Shown in pieces: positions 9,038-18,457 of a stretch of DNA of 64,000 nucleotides (positions within the stretch are counted from its first letter, which is position 1; each line of letters opens with the position of its first letter). The translations under genes and the position numbers were made by a program. Below the pieces are notes generated by a model. The model saw nothing but the letters and a program-made list of their open reading frames with translations. It had not been told where the DNA came from and did not search any database. Source of the stretch: Candidatus Woesearchaeota archaeon (GTDB lineage Archaea > Nanobdellota > Nanobdellia > Pacearchaeales > GW2011-AR1). Location: positions 91,182-155,181 of the forward strand of contig CAYHPN010000001.1 in NCBI GenBank assembly GCA_964358765.1, written 5' to 3'.

Positions 9038-9619
9038 ATGAAAACTATTATTGACCCTTTACGATATGCACCCAATGTGCCTTTTAGGCCATTGACTGAA
9101 GATGAACAAAAAGTATGCTGGGATTTTGCTAGAACACTTAAAGACATTGATCTTGAAAATAGATTTTGGCAAAAAACCATCCCTTATGCTAATAAAAGAG
9201 CAGAACAAATACAAAATGAAGGATATGTCTTAACTGATTCATCAGAGTGGGGAAATTCAATGGATGGATTTGGAGCCCATATTCATATTTACCCACCTAA
9301 AACAAACTTAGCTGACTTAAAAGAAAGAGTTGACAGAACAAAAGTTGTAGGATCATTAGAACTCTGGCAAAGTGGAGGGTTTATTCATGAGCCACTTTCC
9401 GTTTGGTATTCTCCTGAACAAGGAATTGTAAAACAGATCGAGGATGCGTTTAGATTTAGAGAGTATTTGGTTCAGGAAAAAATTCCTTTTTTTGAAACTA
9501 CAAATATAGTAAGACTAAAGGAACAAGCATTACGATTAGAAACTGAAGCATATGCGACTCGACATTTGATAAGAAGATTAAGTGGATTAAGAAAAGATAA
9601 ATATAATCCAGCCGATTAA
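9038..9619 (+). CDS. hypothetical protein
   Basis: 193-aa ORF. TATA-like CTTAAATATT lies about 20 nt upstream. No motif recognised. Confidence 0.5.
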   Translation: MKTIIDPLRYAPNVPFRPLTEDEQKVCWDFARTLKDIDLENRFWQKTIPYANKRAEQIQNEGYVLTDSSEWGNSMDGFGAHIHIYPPKTNLADLKERVDRTKVVGSLELWQSGGFIHEPLSVWYSPEQGIVKQIEDAFRFREYLVQEKIPFFETTNIVRLKEQALRLETEAYATRHLIRRLSGLRKDKYNPAD

Positions 9620-9783
9620 AGATCTCTGGCTTGAAGAGTTCTTCTACCGTTCGCCTTTGCACGATCCATTGCATCTTTTAACAACTGTTCAACTTTTTTA
9701 TTTAATGCCTCTGGAACTTCAGCTGAAACATTAAGGCCAGAAACAGCTTCTTTGATTTTGCTTTTTATGATTAAATCTACCAT
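9616..9783 (-). CDS. DUF1931-type histone-fold-like small protein (55 aa), not in ORF track
   Basis: Minus-strand ORF MVDLIIKSKIKEAVSGLNVSAEVPEALNKKVEQLLKDAMDRAKANGRRTLQARDL. The ...ALN..V..LL..A..RA.ANGR.T....DL pattern is as I recall for DUF1931 proteins. The ATG is 1 nt after the lysS stop. Confidence 0.5.
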   Translation of the reverse strand: MVDLIIKSKIKEAVSGLNVSAEVPEALNKKVEQLLKDAMDRAKANGRRTLQARDL

Positions 9784-9784
9784 T

Positions 9785-11287
9785 TTATTTCTTTGTTTTT
9801 TGATTTTCTTCTTTAGTTGTGTTTAAAGGCTTCATAAGAGGGAAAATAACTGTTTCCCTAATTGGCTTACCTTCCAAGAATGCAAATAAACGTTCTGAAA
9901 CACCGAAACCGCAGGTGGGAGGCATACCATATTTTAATGCTTCTACAAATGATTCATCATGATCTTGGGCTTCTAAATCTCCTGCATCTTTAAGTTTCCT
10001 TTGCTCAATAAAGCGCGATTCTTGGTCTAACGGGTCGTTTAATTCACTATATCCATTTCCAACTTCGCTTCCTGCGAGAATAATCTGAAATTGCTCAACA
10101 ACTCGAGGATCTTTTTGTGATTTCTTTGCTAATGGAGCAAGAAATACTGGCTGAGAGTTAAGAAATGCAGGTCCTGAAATACTTCTTCTGCAATGCTTCC
10201 ATAAAATATCAATAAGTCTTGGTTTTTCTAGATTTCGAGGAAATTCCTCTTTTAATTCTTTTAATTTAACTTCTATATCCTCTTTAGTCGCTTTCCAAAT
10301 ATCTATTTTCGTCTGTTTTTTTATCTCGTCTGAATAATTTATTATTTTCCATTCTTTTGAAAGATCAAATTTATGTCCTTGCCTCTCAAAAACTGTAGTG
10401 TTGTATAACTCTATCGCAATTATTCTGTAAAGTTCTTTCACTAATTCCATCCCATCTTCATAATTTGAATAAGACATATAAAATTCCATTTGTGTGTAAT
10501 CCTGCAAATGATCTGCGTCCATTCCTTCGTTTCGAAACTGCCTGCCTATTTCAAAAGTCTTTCCAAAACCCGCAACCATAAGTTTTTTCTGCCAAAGCTC
10601 CCCCATTGAAATTCTTAAGAAAACATCTAAGTCTAAAGCATTATGATGGGTTTTAAATGGAGTAGCTGCTGCTCCTCCCGCTGAATTTTCTAGAGTGGGA
10701 GTTTCTACTTCTACAAAACCTTTCCCGAGGAAAAAATTTCTCATTGTATTCCAAAATCTGGCTTTTCTAAGAAACATTTGTTTGACTTCGTCATTTAATA
10801 AAATATCTAAATATCTCTTCCTTAGTTTCTCTTCATCATCTTTAAGACCATGAAATTTTTCCGGAAGAGGAAGTAAGGATTTAGAAAGCATATCTATATT
10901 TTTAACTAATACCGATAATTCTCCTCTTTGTGTTCGAAAGATTATCCCTTCGACCCCAATAATATCTCCTGAATCCAGATATTTTTTAAAAAATTCAATT
11001 GTTTTTTTATCTGTATCTGGGTCTTGAACAACAATTTGAATTTCTCCATAAGGATCTTTAAGTTTTGCAAATGCGATTTTTCCAAGATCTCTAATATTTA
11101 GCACTCTGCCTGCAACAACAACCTTATCTTTAGTTTTTTCTGCATTTGCTAGATCTTTGTACTTAGTCTGTAAATCTGAGGAATAATTTTTAACTTCGAA
11201 TTTTGATGGAAAAGGATTTATATCTTCTTTTTTCAACTCGTTCAACTTCTTTAATCTCTCTGAGATCATTATTTCTTCTCTTCCCAT
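9785..11287 (-). CDS. lysS: lysine--tRNA ligase, class II
   Basis: OB-fold N-domain plus class II core motifs (FVEVETPTL..., FEIGRQFRNEGMDADHLQDYTQMEFY, GFGVSERL). Confidence 0.9.
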   Translation of the reverse strand: MGREEIMISERLKKLNELKKEDINPFPSKFEVKNYSSDLQTKYKDLANAEKTKDKVVVAGRVLNIRDLGKIAFAKLKDPYGEIQIVVQDPDTDKKTIEFFKKYLDSGDIIGVEGIIFRTQRGELSVLVKNIDMLSKSLLPLPEKFHGLKDDEEKLRKRYLDILLNDEVKQMFLRKARFWNTMRNFFLGKGFVEVETPTLENSAGGAAATPFKTHHNALDLDVFLRISMGELWQKKLMVAGFGKTFEIGRQFRNEGMDADHLQDYTQMEFYMSYSNYEDGMELVKELYRIIAIELYNTTVFERQGHKFDLSKEWKIINYSDEIKKQTKIDIWKATKEDIEVKLKELKEEFPRNLEKPRLIDILWKHCRRSISGPAFLNSQPVFLAPLAKKSQKDPRVVEQFQIILAGSEVGNGYSELNDPLDQESRFIEQRKLKDAGDLEAQDHDESFVEALKYGMPPTCGFGVSERLFAFLEGKPIRETVIFPLMKPLNTTKEENQKTKK

Positions 11288-11599
11288 AAATATATTGGAA
11301 AAATGATGTTTATATACTTTATTTTTGTATTTTTTAAATATAATTTATAAAAAATTATAGGATTATAGTTATTATGCTTGAAATAAATTCAATCAAAATA
11401 AGAATTTAAACAAATACTCTCTTTAACCTGAATTATAATCTGTTTAATAGCTCTATTTGGTTATGGATCATATTTTTTTGAAATTTAAGCAAAAATTCCA
11501 ACAAAATTCATTTAAATATTTTGTGGTTAAAATTTTTTTATATTTCTTCCTATGTAAGATTTAAATAGTGTAAATAATTTAAAAATTTTGGAGGTTTAA

Positions 11600-11716
11600 A
11601 TGGCAGAAAAAACTTTTGAAGAAGAGTCTGAAGACGAAAAAGACATGGATGACGAAGACATGGATGACGAAGACGATGAAGACTCTGAAGATGAAGATGA
11701 TGATTGGGATAAGTAA
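11600..11716 (+). CDS. highly acidic 38-aa micro-protein candidate
   Basis: MAEKTFEEESEDEKDMDDEDMDDEDDEDSEDEDDDWDK. GGAGGT (11590-11595) lies 4 nt upstream of the ATG. Sits alone in a 490-bp AT-rich intergenic region. Confidence 0.4.
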   Translation: MAEKTFEEESEDEKDMDDEDMDDEDDEDSEDEDDDWDK

Positions 11717-11777
11717 TCCTAAATTTTAATTTTATTTGTAATTTATATTAATTGTTTTTTTACACAAAATATAGAAC

Positions 11778-12053
11778 TTAAATTCTTACTATCTTAAATT
11801 CCTTGAAATCCTGGAATTTTTCCGGTGTTTCTGCAATATTTCTAATTTGCGAGTGCTGAGGCCCTGTTTTTGCAACAGATATTAATTTGTCTACATTAAC
11901 ATGGTCTCCTTCTGCAAATATTTCAATTCGGCCGTCCTCTAATTTTCTTAGATAACCTCTAACTTTGAGATCTAACGCATGCTTCATTATAAATTGTTCA
12001 AAGAAAAGGGTTTGAACGCTTCCAGTGATGTGCAACCTTATAGATTTTTTCAT
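11778..12053 (-). CDS. acyP: acylphosphatase
   Basis: 91 aa. ...ITGSVQTLFFEQFIMKHALDLKVRGYLRKLEDGRIEIFAEGD... matches the acylphosphatase fold signature. Confidence 0.7.
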   Translation of the reverse strand: MKKSIRLHITGSVQTLFFEQFIMKHALDLKVRGYLRKLEDGRIEIFAEGDHVNVDKLISVAKTGPQHSQIRNIAETPEKFQDFKEFKIVRI

Positions 12054-12222
12054 ATTTATTATAAAAAAACAAGGTTAATATAGTTTTTGATTTTAAGGAA
12101 GGAAATATTTTATAATTATCATAATCCATTAATTTTATTAGGTCATTAATAATATGGGGGATAAGGTTGATAATAATTTAAGTTGTATAGAAGTTAAAGA
12201 AATGAAAATTACTTTGTAATAA

Positions 12223-12978
12223 TCATATTCCAATTTCTTCTTTCTTTTCTGTTAATAATGCTTCATCTAATAACTTGATATAAGGAACATTTCTCCAATC
12301 CTTTCCTAATGATTTTGCTACTTGTTTATCAAGTTCTAAAGGTAAACCAGCCATAATGGTTCCTTGGGAAGAATGATCTATAATTGCAAAATCTGGTATT
12401 TTTATTCTTAAAATATCGTGCAGGGAATACTTAATTGGCCATTTTCTTATTTTGTTCTTATTCCTAGAGAAGAATCCTTTATAATGGGATGAAGGAAATG
12501 CTCCAAGCATGTTGGTAAGACTAGCAGAGATTAAAGTTTCATCATGCTCCGCAGATTTAGATAGAGAAATAATAAAACTATTGAGAAGAATCTTTGGATA
12601 ATGAATAGTCTCGAATTTCATGAAATCTGGAGAAACAATTTCTTCAGTTTCGGTATTGTTTAAGTCAATTAAAGAAACATTATAATTCTCTGCAAGTTTT
12701 TTGTAGCCTAATGATTCAAAAAGGTCTTCTGTTGGAGTGCCGTCCGCTCCCTCTGCTATGAAAATCTCAGTTATAGGGTTTTTTTGTGTCAGACAGAATT
12801 TTACAGTTGCTTCGACCAAAGAAATTGGTGTAGAAAGTTCGCTATCTTCAGAAAGATGAGGTTTAATGATAATTCGATCGTATTTCTTTATTTCATGGGA
12901 TAATTTCATTAATTCCAAAATTTTTGGAACAGTTTCCTGATAAGATATAAATTTTATTGATGCTCCTTTAACTACCAT
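12223..12978 (-). CDS. DUF362-like protein
   Basis: N-terminal ...YDRIIIKPHLS... and overall length resemble DUF362 family proteins. Weak, by-eye call. Confidence 0.45.
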   Translation of the reverse strand: MVVKGASIKFISYQETVPKILELMKLSHEIKKYDRIIIKPHLSEDSELSTPISLVEATVKFCLTQKNPITEIFIAEGADGTPTEDLFESLGYKKLAENYNVSLIDLNNTETEEIVSPDFMKFETIHYPKILLNSFIISLSKSAEHDETLISASLTNMLGAFPSSHYKGFFSRNKNKIRKWPIKYSLHDILRIKIPDFAIIDHSSQGTIMAGLPLELDKQVAKSLGKDWRNVPYIKLLDEALLTEKKEEIGI

Positions 12979-13034
12979 GTTTAATTTGATTTATTTGAGG
13001 TTTTTAATGTTTATGGTGGTGGCATTATAGAAAA

Positions 13035-13649
13035 TTACATAAGTCCAAGGTCTTCCCTTCTATCTATTTCATTGTTTAAAATTGCTAAAGCTTGTGAAGC
13101 AAAGTAAGTTCTTTTTCCTACCGTTAGAGGAGTGCAGATTTTTTTTATTCTTTTCATTTCCTTTAGAGGCAGACCTCTATGATCTCCTAGAACGAACACA
13201 GGATCTTTTCCTATTTCTGCTGTTCGGATGTCTTCTCCATCTGGATCTAGAATATAGACATTTCTTCCTTCTTTTACATAGTCTTTTATCAATTCGATAA
13301 AACCTTTTCTTTCTACACTAAAACCTGGAAAGACTTCTCTTTTTTCTCCTTCTTTAAATTTATAAAGCATTTTTTTAAGAATTATTGAGACGTTTGTTTT
13401 TGCTAAGTAAATTTTATCAACCCCAGTTTTTCCTTCGGTAACTGGCATTATTTCTAGATGTTTTGGAGGATCTGGAGGACCTGCGAAACAAAGATGTAAT
13501 TTAACATCTGTTCTGATTTTATGAGAGAGAAAAAAAGCGGCGATAACTGTATGAATTGCAATATCTATTCTTCCTGATTCCTGCAAGTTTTCCCCAATAT
13601 AGGAACCTGAAGTCGGAGCAGTTCTTGAATAATAAATTATTTCTCTCAT
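13035..13649 (-). CDS. trmY: tRNA (pseudouridine54-N1)-methyltransferase TrmY-like (SPOUT)
   Basis: MREIIYYSRTAPTSG...GRIDIAIHTVIAAFFLSHKIRTDVKLHLCFAGPP matches the TrmY/DUF358 N-terminal pattern. Confidence 0.6.
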   Translation of the reverse strand: MREIIYYSRTAPTSGSYIGENLQESGRIDIAIHTVIAAFFLSHKIRTDVKLHLCFAGPPDPPKHLEIMPVTEGKTGVDKIYLAKTNVSIILKKMLYKFKEGEKREVFPGFSVERKGFIELIKDYVKEGRNVYILDPDGEDIRTAEIGKDPVFVLGDHRGLPLKEMKRIKKICTPLTVGKRTYFASQALAILNNEIDRREDLGLM

Positions 13650-13680
13650 AAGGGAAATAAGATTGAAGGGGTTTTAAAGG

Positions 13681-14616
13681 TTACATCCCAAATGCAAATA
13701 ACAATGCATATAAAATTGCTACAATGATAAACATGCTGTATTCGGTATAGCGATGAATCTTATCTACGAGTTCCTTTTTCTTAAAATCCTGTAATTTTAG
13801 CATTATTACATTTAAGCCGAAACTAAGTAAGACTATTAAATAAGTCAAGACCATGAACTTATCTGCAAACGTAAGATAGCCTACGGGAGGAATTTGATTA
13901 CTTATTGAAATATGAAACATTACGCAAGCAACTAGTGCAGAACCTGCCATAGTTAAACGTGTAAGGATTTTATCAGTATCTAAGAAAAAACCTGTAAGCA
14001 TTACTAATAAAATAAAAATAACGGGGAGAAATGTTTTTAGGATTGAATTAATTTTTATTCTCTCTATTGGAATTGTTAAAACATATTGAGAATACGATTC
14101 ATCATAGACAATGTAGTCGTGCTCTCTTTCTTCTGCCGTCCATTGACCTAGAGACCAACCTGTAAAAGTAATAGACTCGTCAATTCCAGTCTCCTCATTA
14201 TTTGGAACATATATTAAAGTATCTCTTGTTGACTTTTTATCTTCTATAATGATCTGCATTTCTTGCCTATCAAAAGGAAAACTCCTTAAATTAACTGGGG
14301 AATTTAAGTTTGCCTGAATTCTATAAAACTTTTCGTTGTCTTCATCTATAATTTTTTCCATACTCGAAGCTCTGCCATTCATGAATTCAAAATCAAAAGG
14401 AGGACATTTTTCTTCGCATTGAAAATCTAGATAAAAATCTGCAGTGAATGAGCCTGTTGCAATGTCAAACTTTCCTAAATTTAGTAAGTAAAGGCCGACT
14501 TGGACTTCGCTAGTTTCTTCACTTTGTGGAGGAGTTGGCTCTAATGCTTTAGAGAATGAAATTAATTGCATTGCTAAAATAAGTAATATTAATATTGAAA
14601 TTATATTTTTTCTCAT
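13681..14616 (-). CDS. pentameric ligand-gated ion channel (Cys-loop receptor superfamily) homolog
   Basis: Signal peptide, then an extracellular beta domain with VQVGLYLLNLGKFDIATGSFTADFYLDF and the hallmark FPFDRQEMQIIIED (FPFD-x-Q). Four C-terminal TM helices follow, with an M2-like RLTMAGSALVACVMFHISISNQIP. Confidence 0.7.
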   Translation of the reverse strand: MRKNIISILILLILAMQLISFSKALEPTPPQSEETSEVQVGLYLLNLGKFDIATGSFTADFYLDFQCEEKCPPFDFEFMNGRASSMEKIIDEDNEKFYRIQANLNSPVNLRSFPFDRQEMQIIIEDKKSTRDTLIYVPNNEETGIDESITFTGWSLGQWTAEEREHDYIVYDESYSQYVLTIPIERIKINSILKTFLPVIFILLVMLTGFFLDTDKILTRLTMAGSALVACVMFHISISNQIPPVGYLTFADKFMVLTYLIVLLSFGLNVIMLKLQDFKKKELVDKIHRYTEYSMFIIVAILYALLFAFGM

Positions 14617-14703
14617 AAAATTATTTTATATTAAGGGTTTAAAAATATTCCTCATTGGGAGAAAAGTATATAAATGCCCATTTATTATATAAATTGCCCA
14701 AAA

Positions 14704-14937
14704 ATGAAAACGATATTAGCGGATGGTCGAGGAAGAATTACACTGGGAGAGAGGATTATAGCTGAGCATGGAAAGAAATTTATGATAGTTAGTTCTAAAA
14801 AACAAGTTATACTTGTTCCAATATCTAATGACCCATTAAAAAGATTAAGAGAATTAGCTAAAGGATCTGGAATACACAAGTATTCTGTTAGTGAATTAAA
14901 AACTATAGCAAGAAAACAAGCTGAAAAAGAGGTTTAA
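14704..14937 (+). CDS. vapB: AbrB/SpoVT-type antitoxin (VapB-like)
   Basis: GRGRITLGERIIAEHGKKFMIV is a swapped-hairpin AbrB motif. The track start at 14674 abuts the TATA-like GTATATAAA, so ATG 14704 is more plausible. Confidence 0.6.
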   Translation: MKTILADGRGRITLGERIIAEHGKKFMIVSSKKQVILVPISNDPLKRLRELAKGSGIHKYSVSELKTIARKQAEKEV

Positions 14938-14940
14938 AGT

Positions 14941-15309
14941 ATGTTTGCTGATAGTGATTTTATTCTTGCGTTGATTAAAAATACCGATTGGCTTAAAGAA
15001 AGTGCAGAAAATATACTGCTAAAAAATAAAGGTAAAATAACTACTTCTTTGTCTGTAATGATTGAATTAGCTTTGGTGCTCCCACGTTTTAATATTAATA
15101 TTCTAGAAACGTACGCTAATCTAAATGAGTTAATTAAAATTGATAAGAAAACTATTGAAATTTCTATGAAAGCAGCACTTTTTATCCAAGAATATAATTC
15201 AAATGTTTTTGATTCATTTCATGCTGCTTCATGCAAAGATGAAATTATAATTAGCTCCGATTCTGTTTATGATAAATTTGGAATTGAAAGATTGAAGTTA
15301 GGAAAGTAA
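14941..15309 (+). CDS. vapC: PIN-domain ribonuclease toxin (VapC-like)
   Basis: Acidic residues are placed as in PIN domains (FADSDF..., IELA, FDSFHAA, ISSDSVYD). Starts 3 nt after the vapB stop. Confidence 0.65.
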   Translation: MFADSDFILALIKNTDWLKESAENILLKNKGKITTSLSVMIELALVLPRFNINILETYANLNELIKIDKKTIEISMKAALFIQEYNSNVFDSFHAASCKDEIIISSDSVYDKFGIERLKLGK

Positions 15310-15314
15310 TTATT

Positions 15315-15578
15315 TTATTTGTTGTATCCTCTTACTGTGCAACGAGCTCTTATTTGCATTCTTCCAGACTTGGCCGATAAATCGCTTATACTTACCCCAT
15401 ATCTCATGAGTTTTCTTTCTTGAGTCCTATCAAATCCTTCAAATACTAAATCAAATCCTTCTCTCCTTAAGTATTTAGCTTGAGAAGGCAAACTATCAAA
15501 ATCATTAACACAAAAATCTACTACATCTCCATGCTCCAATTTATCAATATCAAAACGATAATTAATTTCTCTTTTCAT
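15315..15578 (-). CDS. hypothetical protein
   Basis: 87-aa ORF, no motif recognised. Confidence 0.4.
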   Translation of the reverse strand: MKREINYRFDIDKLEHGDVVDFCVNDFDSLPSQAKYLRREGFDLVFEGFDRTQERKLMRYGVSISDLSAKSGRMQIRARCTVRGYNK

Positions 15579-15628
15579 GATTTTATTTTATTATTTCGCC
15601 TATAAAGATATTTATATAATTAAATAAC

Positions 15629-16429
15629 CTATTTTTTAACCATATTTGAAATCAAATAAACCATTAAAGCAGTAATAAATAGCAAAACAACCCCTATTAG
15701 AGGTTTATTTTGATTAAATGAATCTAAATTAGAAATGACATTTCCAGTTATAGAAAACTGAAATGATAAAGCAAAAATTAAGATACCAAACATGAGGAGC
15801 ATTGTGACATGTTTTCCTTTTGCAAGTCGCTCTAGAAAAGAATGTTTGCCTCTTTTTCTTGGAGTTAACATTGAATCTTGGATTTGATCTCCTCCATAAG
15901 ATAAACCGTTTTCTGCCTTCAATCTCCTTACTCTTTCTCGATGTTCCTCCCACCATTTTTCATTGTGGGACTTGCCTCCTTCCAAATACTGTGCTTCTTT
16001 CTCGATCTTTTTTTGATACCTCTTTTTAATATTGCCCAATCTAACTCTTTTATCAACCTCTTGAGGATTCAAACTATCAACCTTATCTATTTCTTTTTGA
16101 ATTAGTTTTTCTTCGTATCTGAATACTTCATAAGCAGACTCATGATCGTCTAATGAGCGGTATATATTTCCAACGCGATCAAGATTATCTGGTATTTTAT
16201 CATCATAGAAACTAACTGGTAACTCTTTTTTCAATTCTATCTCTATATTTATTAAATTTTGATATATTAATTGCTTCTCTTTTTCTGATATTTTATTGTT
16301 ACCATACCAATAAATATAAGTCTCTATATACCCTAATTTATTTTCCACAACCCTCCAATTATTTTCTCTATTTCCTTCAAGAAAACTTTTAAGTTTTTTG
16401 AAATCTTGGTCTCTATTCTTATCAACCAT
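15629..16429 (-). CDS. hypothetical protein with two C-terminal TM helices
   Basis: 266-aa ORF. C-terminal hydrophobic segments (VTMLLMFGILIFALSFQF and LIGVVLLFITALMVYLISNM). Confidence 0.5.
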   Translation of the reverse strand: MVDKNRDQDFKKLKSFLEGNRENNWRVVENKLGYIETYIYWYGNNKISEKEKQLIYQNLINIEIELKKELPVSFYDDKIPDNLDRVGNIYRSLDDHESAYEVFRYEEKLIQKEIDKVDSLNPQEVDKRVRLGNIKKRYQKKIEKEAQYLEGGKSHNEKWWEEHRERVRRLKAENGLSYGGDQIQDSMLTPRKRGKHSFLERLAKGKHVTMLLMFGILIFALSFQFSITGNVISNLDSFNQNKPLIGVVLLFITALMVYLISNMVKK

Positions 16430-16467
16430 ATAACAATAAAATCACATTATTGATAAATATATCTATC

Positions 16468-17031
16468 TTAAACTTCTCGGTGCCTATAGCAATCAACTAA
16501 ATGATCATTGATCATGCCTGAGGCTTGCATGAAGGCGTAGCAAATGGTTGAACCTACAAACTTAAAGCCTCGCTTTTTTAAGTCCTCGGACATTTTATCT
16601 GAAATGTGGTTTTTTGCAGGAAGATCTTTTTGATTTTTGAATTTGTTTATGATTGGCTTATTATTTACAAATTGCCAGATATATTTGTCAAAAGATCCAA
16701 ACTCTTCTTGAACATCTAAAAACTTTTGGGCGTTTGTAATTGTACCTTGAATTTTTAGACGGTTTCGTATTATGTCTGCATTGTTGACCAGACGATTAAA
16801 ATCTTTATCTATATATTTTGAAATTATTTTAGGATTGAAGTTATGAAATGCTTTTTCAAAACCTTTTCTTTTTTTTAAGACGATCTGCCAGCTTAGGCCT
16901 GCCTGAAAAGCATCAAGAACTAAAAACTCAAAGAGCTTTTTATCATCATGCAATGGGACTCCCCATTCATTATCGTGATAATGAATCATCTGTTCATCTT
17001 TTCCTGGCCAGAGACATCTTTTTTTATTCAT
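16468..17031 (-). CDS. tag: DNA-3-methyladenine glycosylase I
   Basis: YHDNEWGVPLHDDKKLFEFLVLDAFQAGLSWQIVLKKR and the C-terminal ...YAFMQASGMINDH... are Tag signatures. Confidence 0.85.
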   Translation of the reverse strand: MNKKRCLWPGKDEQMIHYHDNEWGVPLHDDKKLFEFLVLDAFQAGLSWQIVLKKRKGFEKAFHNFNPKIISKYIDKDFNRLVNNADIIRNRLKIQGTITNAQKFLDVQEEFGSFDKYIWQFVNNKPIINKFKNQKDLPAKNHISDKMSEDLKKRGFKFVGSTICYAFMQASGMINDHLVDCYRHREV

Positions 17032-17595
17032 TTATTTAAATTCCTCCAAGATTTCTTTAATTTCAGTAACTCCATCATCTTGAGTAAAATGACCTTTATT
17101 TTTTAAAATTGTGACTTTAGCATCTAACTTTTCTTTGAAGATTTTTTCATTATCTTTCACAAATCCATAGGGTTCATTATCTGAAAGGAAAACGGTTAAT
17201 TTATTAATTTTTTGTTTAACTTTCTTTAGATCCATCTTGGTTTCTAGCCAAGGTTTTGCTATAGCTTCTACTTCGTCTCCTTCTAGATTGTCTAGTTTGA
17301 ACCATCCTGCAACGAAGACTATCTTTTCTATTTTACCTGAGAAATCTTCTTTCTCTAGATACCTCATAATCGTTTGGCATCCGATACTATGTCCGATAAA
17401 ATAAGTATTGTTGTCTAATTTTCCTACAATTTTCTTTAGATGCTTTACCCATTCTTCTATCTTAGGCTCTGAAGTATTTGGCATAAGGGGAACAAAAACA
17501 TCAAACCCTTTCTTTTCCAGTTCTTTTTTTATATAAGGATACCAATTCATATTTGGATTAAAATCCCAGCCATGAATGATGAATACTCTTTTCAT
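17032..17595 (-). CDS. alpha/beta serine hydrolase, YdeN/RBBP9 family
   Basis: VFIIHGW...W, the nucleophile elbow GHSIGC, and a C-terminal GHF. Confidence 0.65.
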   Translation of the reverse strand: MKRVFIIHGWDFNPNMNWYPYIKKELEKKGFDVFVPLMPNTSEPKIEEWVKHLKKIVGKLDNNTYFIGHSIGCQTIMRYLEKEDFSGKIEKIVFVAGWFKLDNLEGDEVEAIAKPWLETKMDLKKVKQKINKLTVFLSDNEPYGFVKDNEKIFKEKLDAKVTILKNKGHFTQDDGVTEIKEILEEFK

Positions 17596-17625
17596 TTAAA
17601 GAGGTGATAAATCATCTTTAAATAA

Positions 17626-18456
17626 TTAATTGATTACAAATTCTGCCTTAGCAAGAATGTCTCCATCATTAATTACTTTATATATGCCTATCAATTTATC
17701 ATCATTAAAAGCCGCGAATTTATCATTTAACATTTCATTTGGTTTGATAAAGTCATCTTTCATTAAAGGTTTACCTGTTAGAATCTTCTTTAAATTTTTA
17801 TCAGAGATTTGAACGACTTGAAGGACTTTTTTTAGAGCTTCATCGGCAGGAATAAGGTATTTTTTTAATTCATCTTCATTTTTTACTAATTCATCAAATT
17901 TATAGAGATCTATGAATTTAGGGTCTTTTTCTGTGAAGATGCTGGCTTGTGATCTTCTTAATTCAAGCATATGGGCTCCCCCAATTTTCTCACCCATGTC
18001 AAAACAGAGTTTTCTTATGTATGTCCCAGCTTGCACTTTTGTCCTGAATAAAACGTCTTTTCCTTTAATTTCCAAAATACTGAAAGATTTTATTTCCCTC
18101 ACTCTTTCTGCTCTTTTTACCGAAGACCTGACTGGGGGAAGTTGAGTAATTTTTCCGATAAACTCGTTAATTACTTCATCTAATTTTTCTTTAGATACTT
18201 TCTTATGAACTCGCATAATACCAACATATTCCTTATCTGAATGCATAAAATAATTAGATAAGCGACAGGCTCTTCCTAAAAGAATAGGGAGAACTCCAGA
18301 GACTTGAGGGTCCAGAGTTCCAAGATGAGAAGTTTTACTTAAATTTAGATATTTCCTAATATAATTAGTTATTGTGAAAGATGTTGGGCCGGATGGTTTA
18401 TCTATAATTAAAATTGAGAAATTTAATAATTCATTAAATGATTTTTGTGGTTTCAT
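17626..18456 (-). CDS. cbf5: H/ACA RNP pseudouridine synthase Cbf5 (TruB family) with PUA domain
   Basis: GTLDPQVSGVLPILLGRA catalytic Asp motif, GTYIRKLCFDMG, and a C-terminal PUA-like segment. Confidence 0.85.
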   Translation of the reverse strand: MKPQKSFNELLNFSILIIDKPSGPTSFTITNYIRKYLNLSKTSHLGTLDPQVSGVLPILLGRACRLSNYFMHSDKEYVGIMRVHKKVSKEKLDEVINEFIGKITQLPPVRSSVKRAERVREIKSFSILEIKGKDVLFRTKVQAGTYIRKLCFDMGEKIGGAHMLELRRSQASIFTEKDPKFIDLYKFDELVKNEDELKKYLIPADEALKKVLQVVQISDKNLKKILTGKPLMKDDFIKPNEMLNDKFAAFNDDKLIGIYKVINDGDILAKAEFVIN

Positions 18457-18457
18457 A

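Noticed and set aside
11288-11599. Long AT-rich intergenic region as a candidate replication origin
   Set aside because: I found no ORB or mini-ORB-like repeats (TTCCA...GGAAA type) or other repeated boxes. No orc1/cdc6 gene is adjacent.
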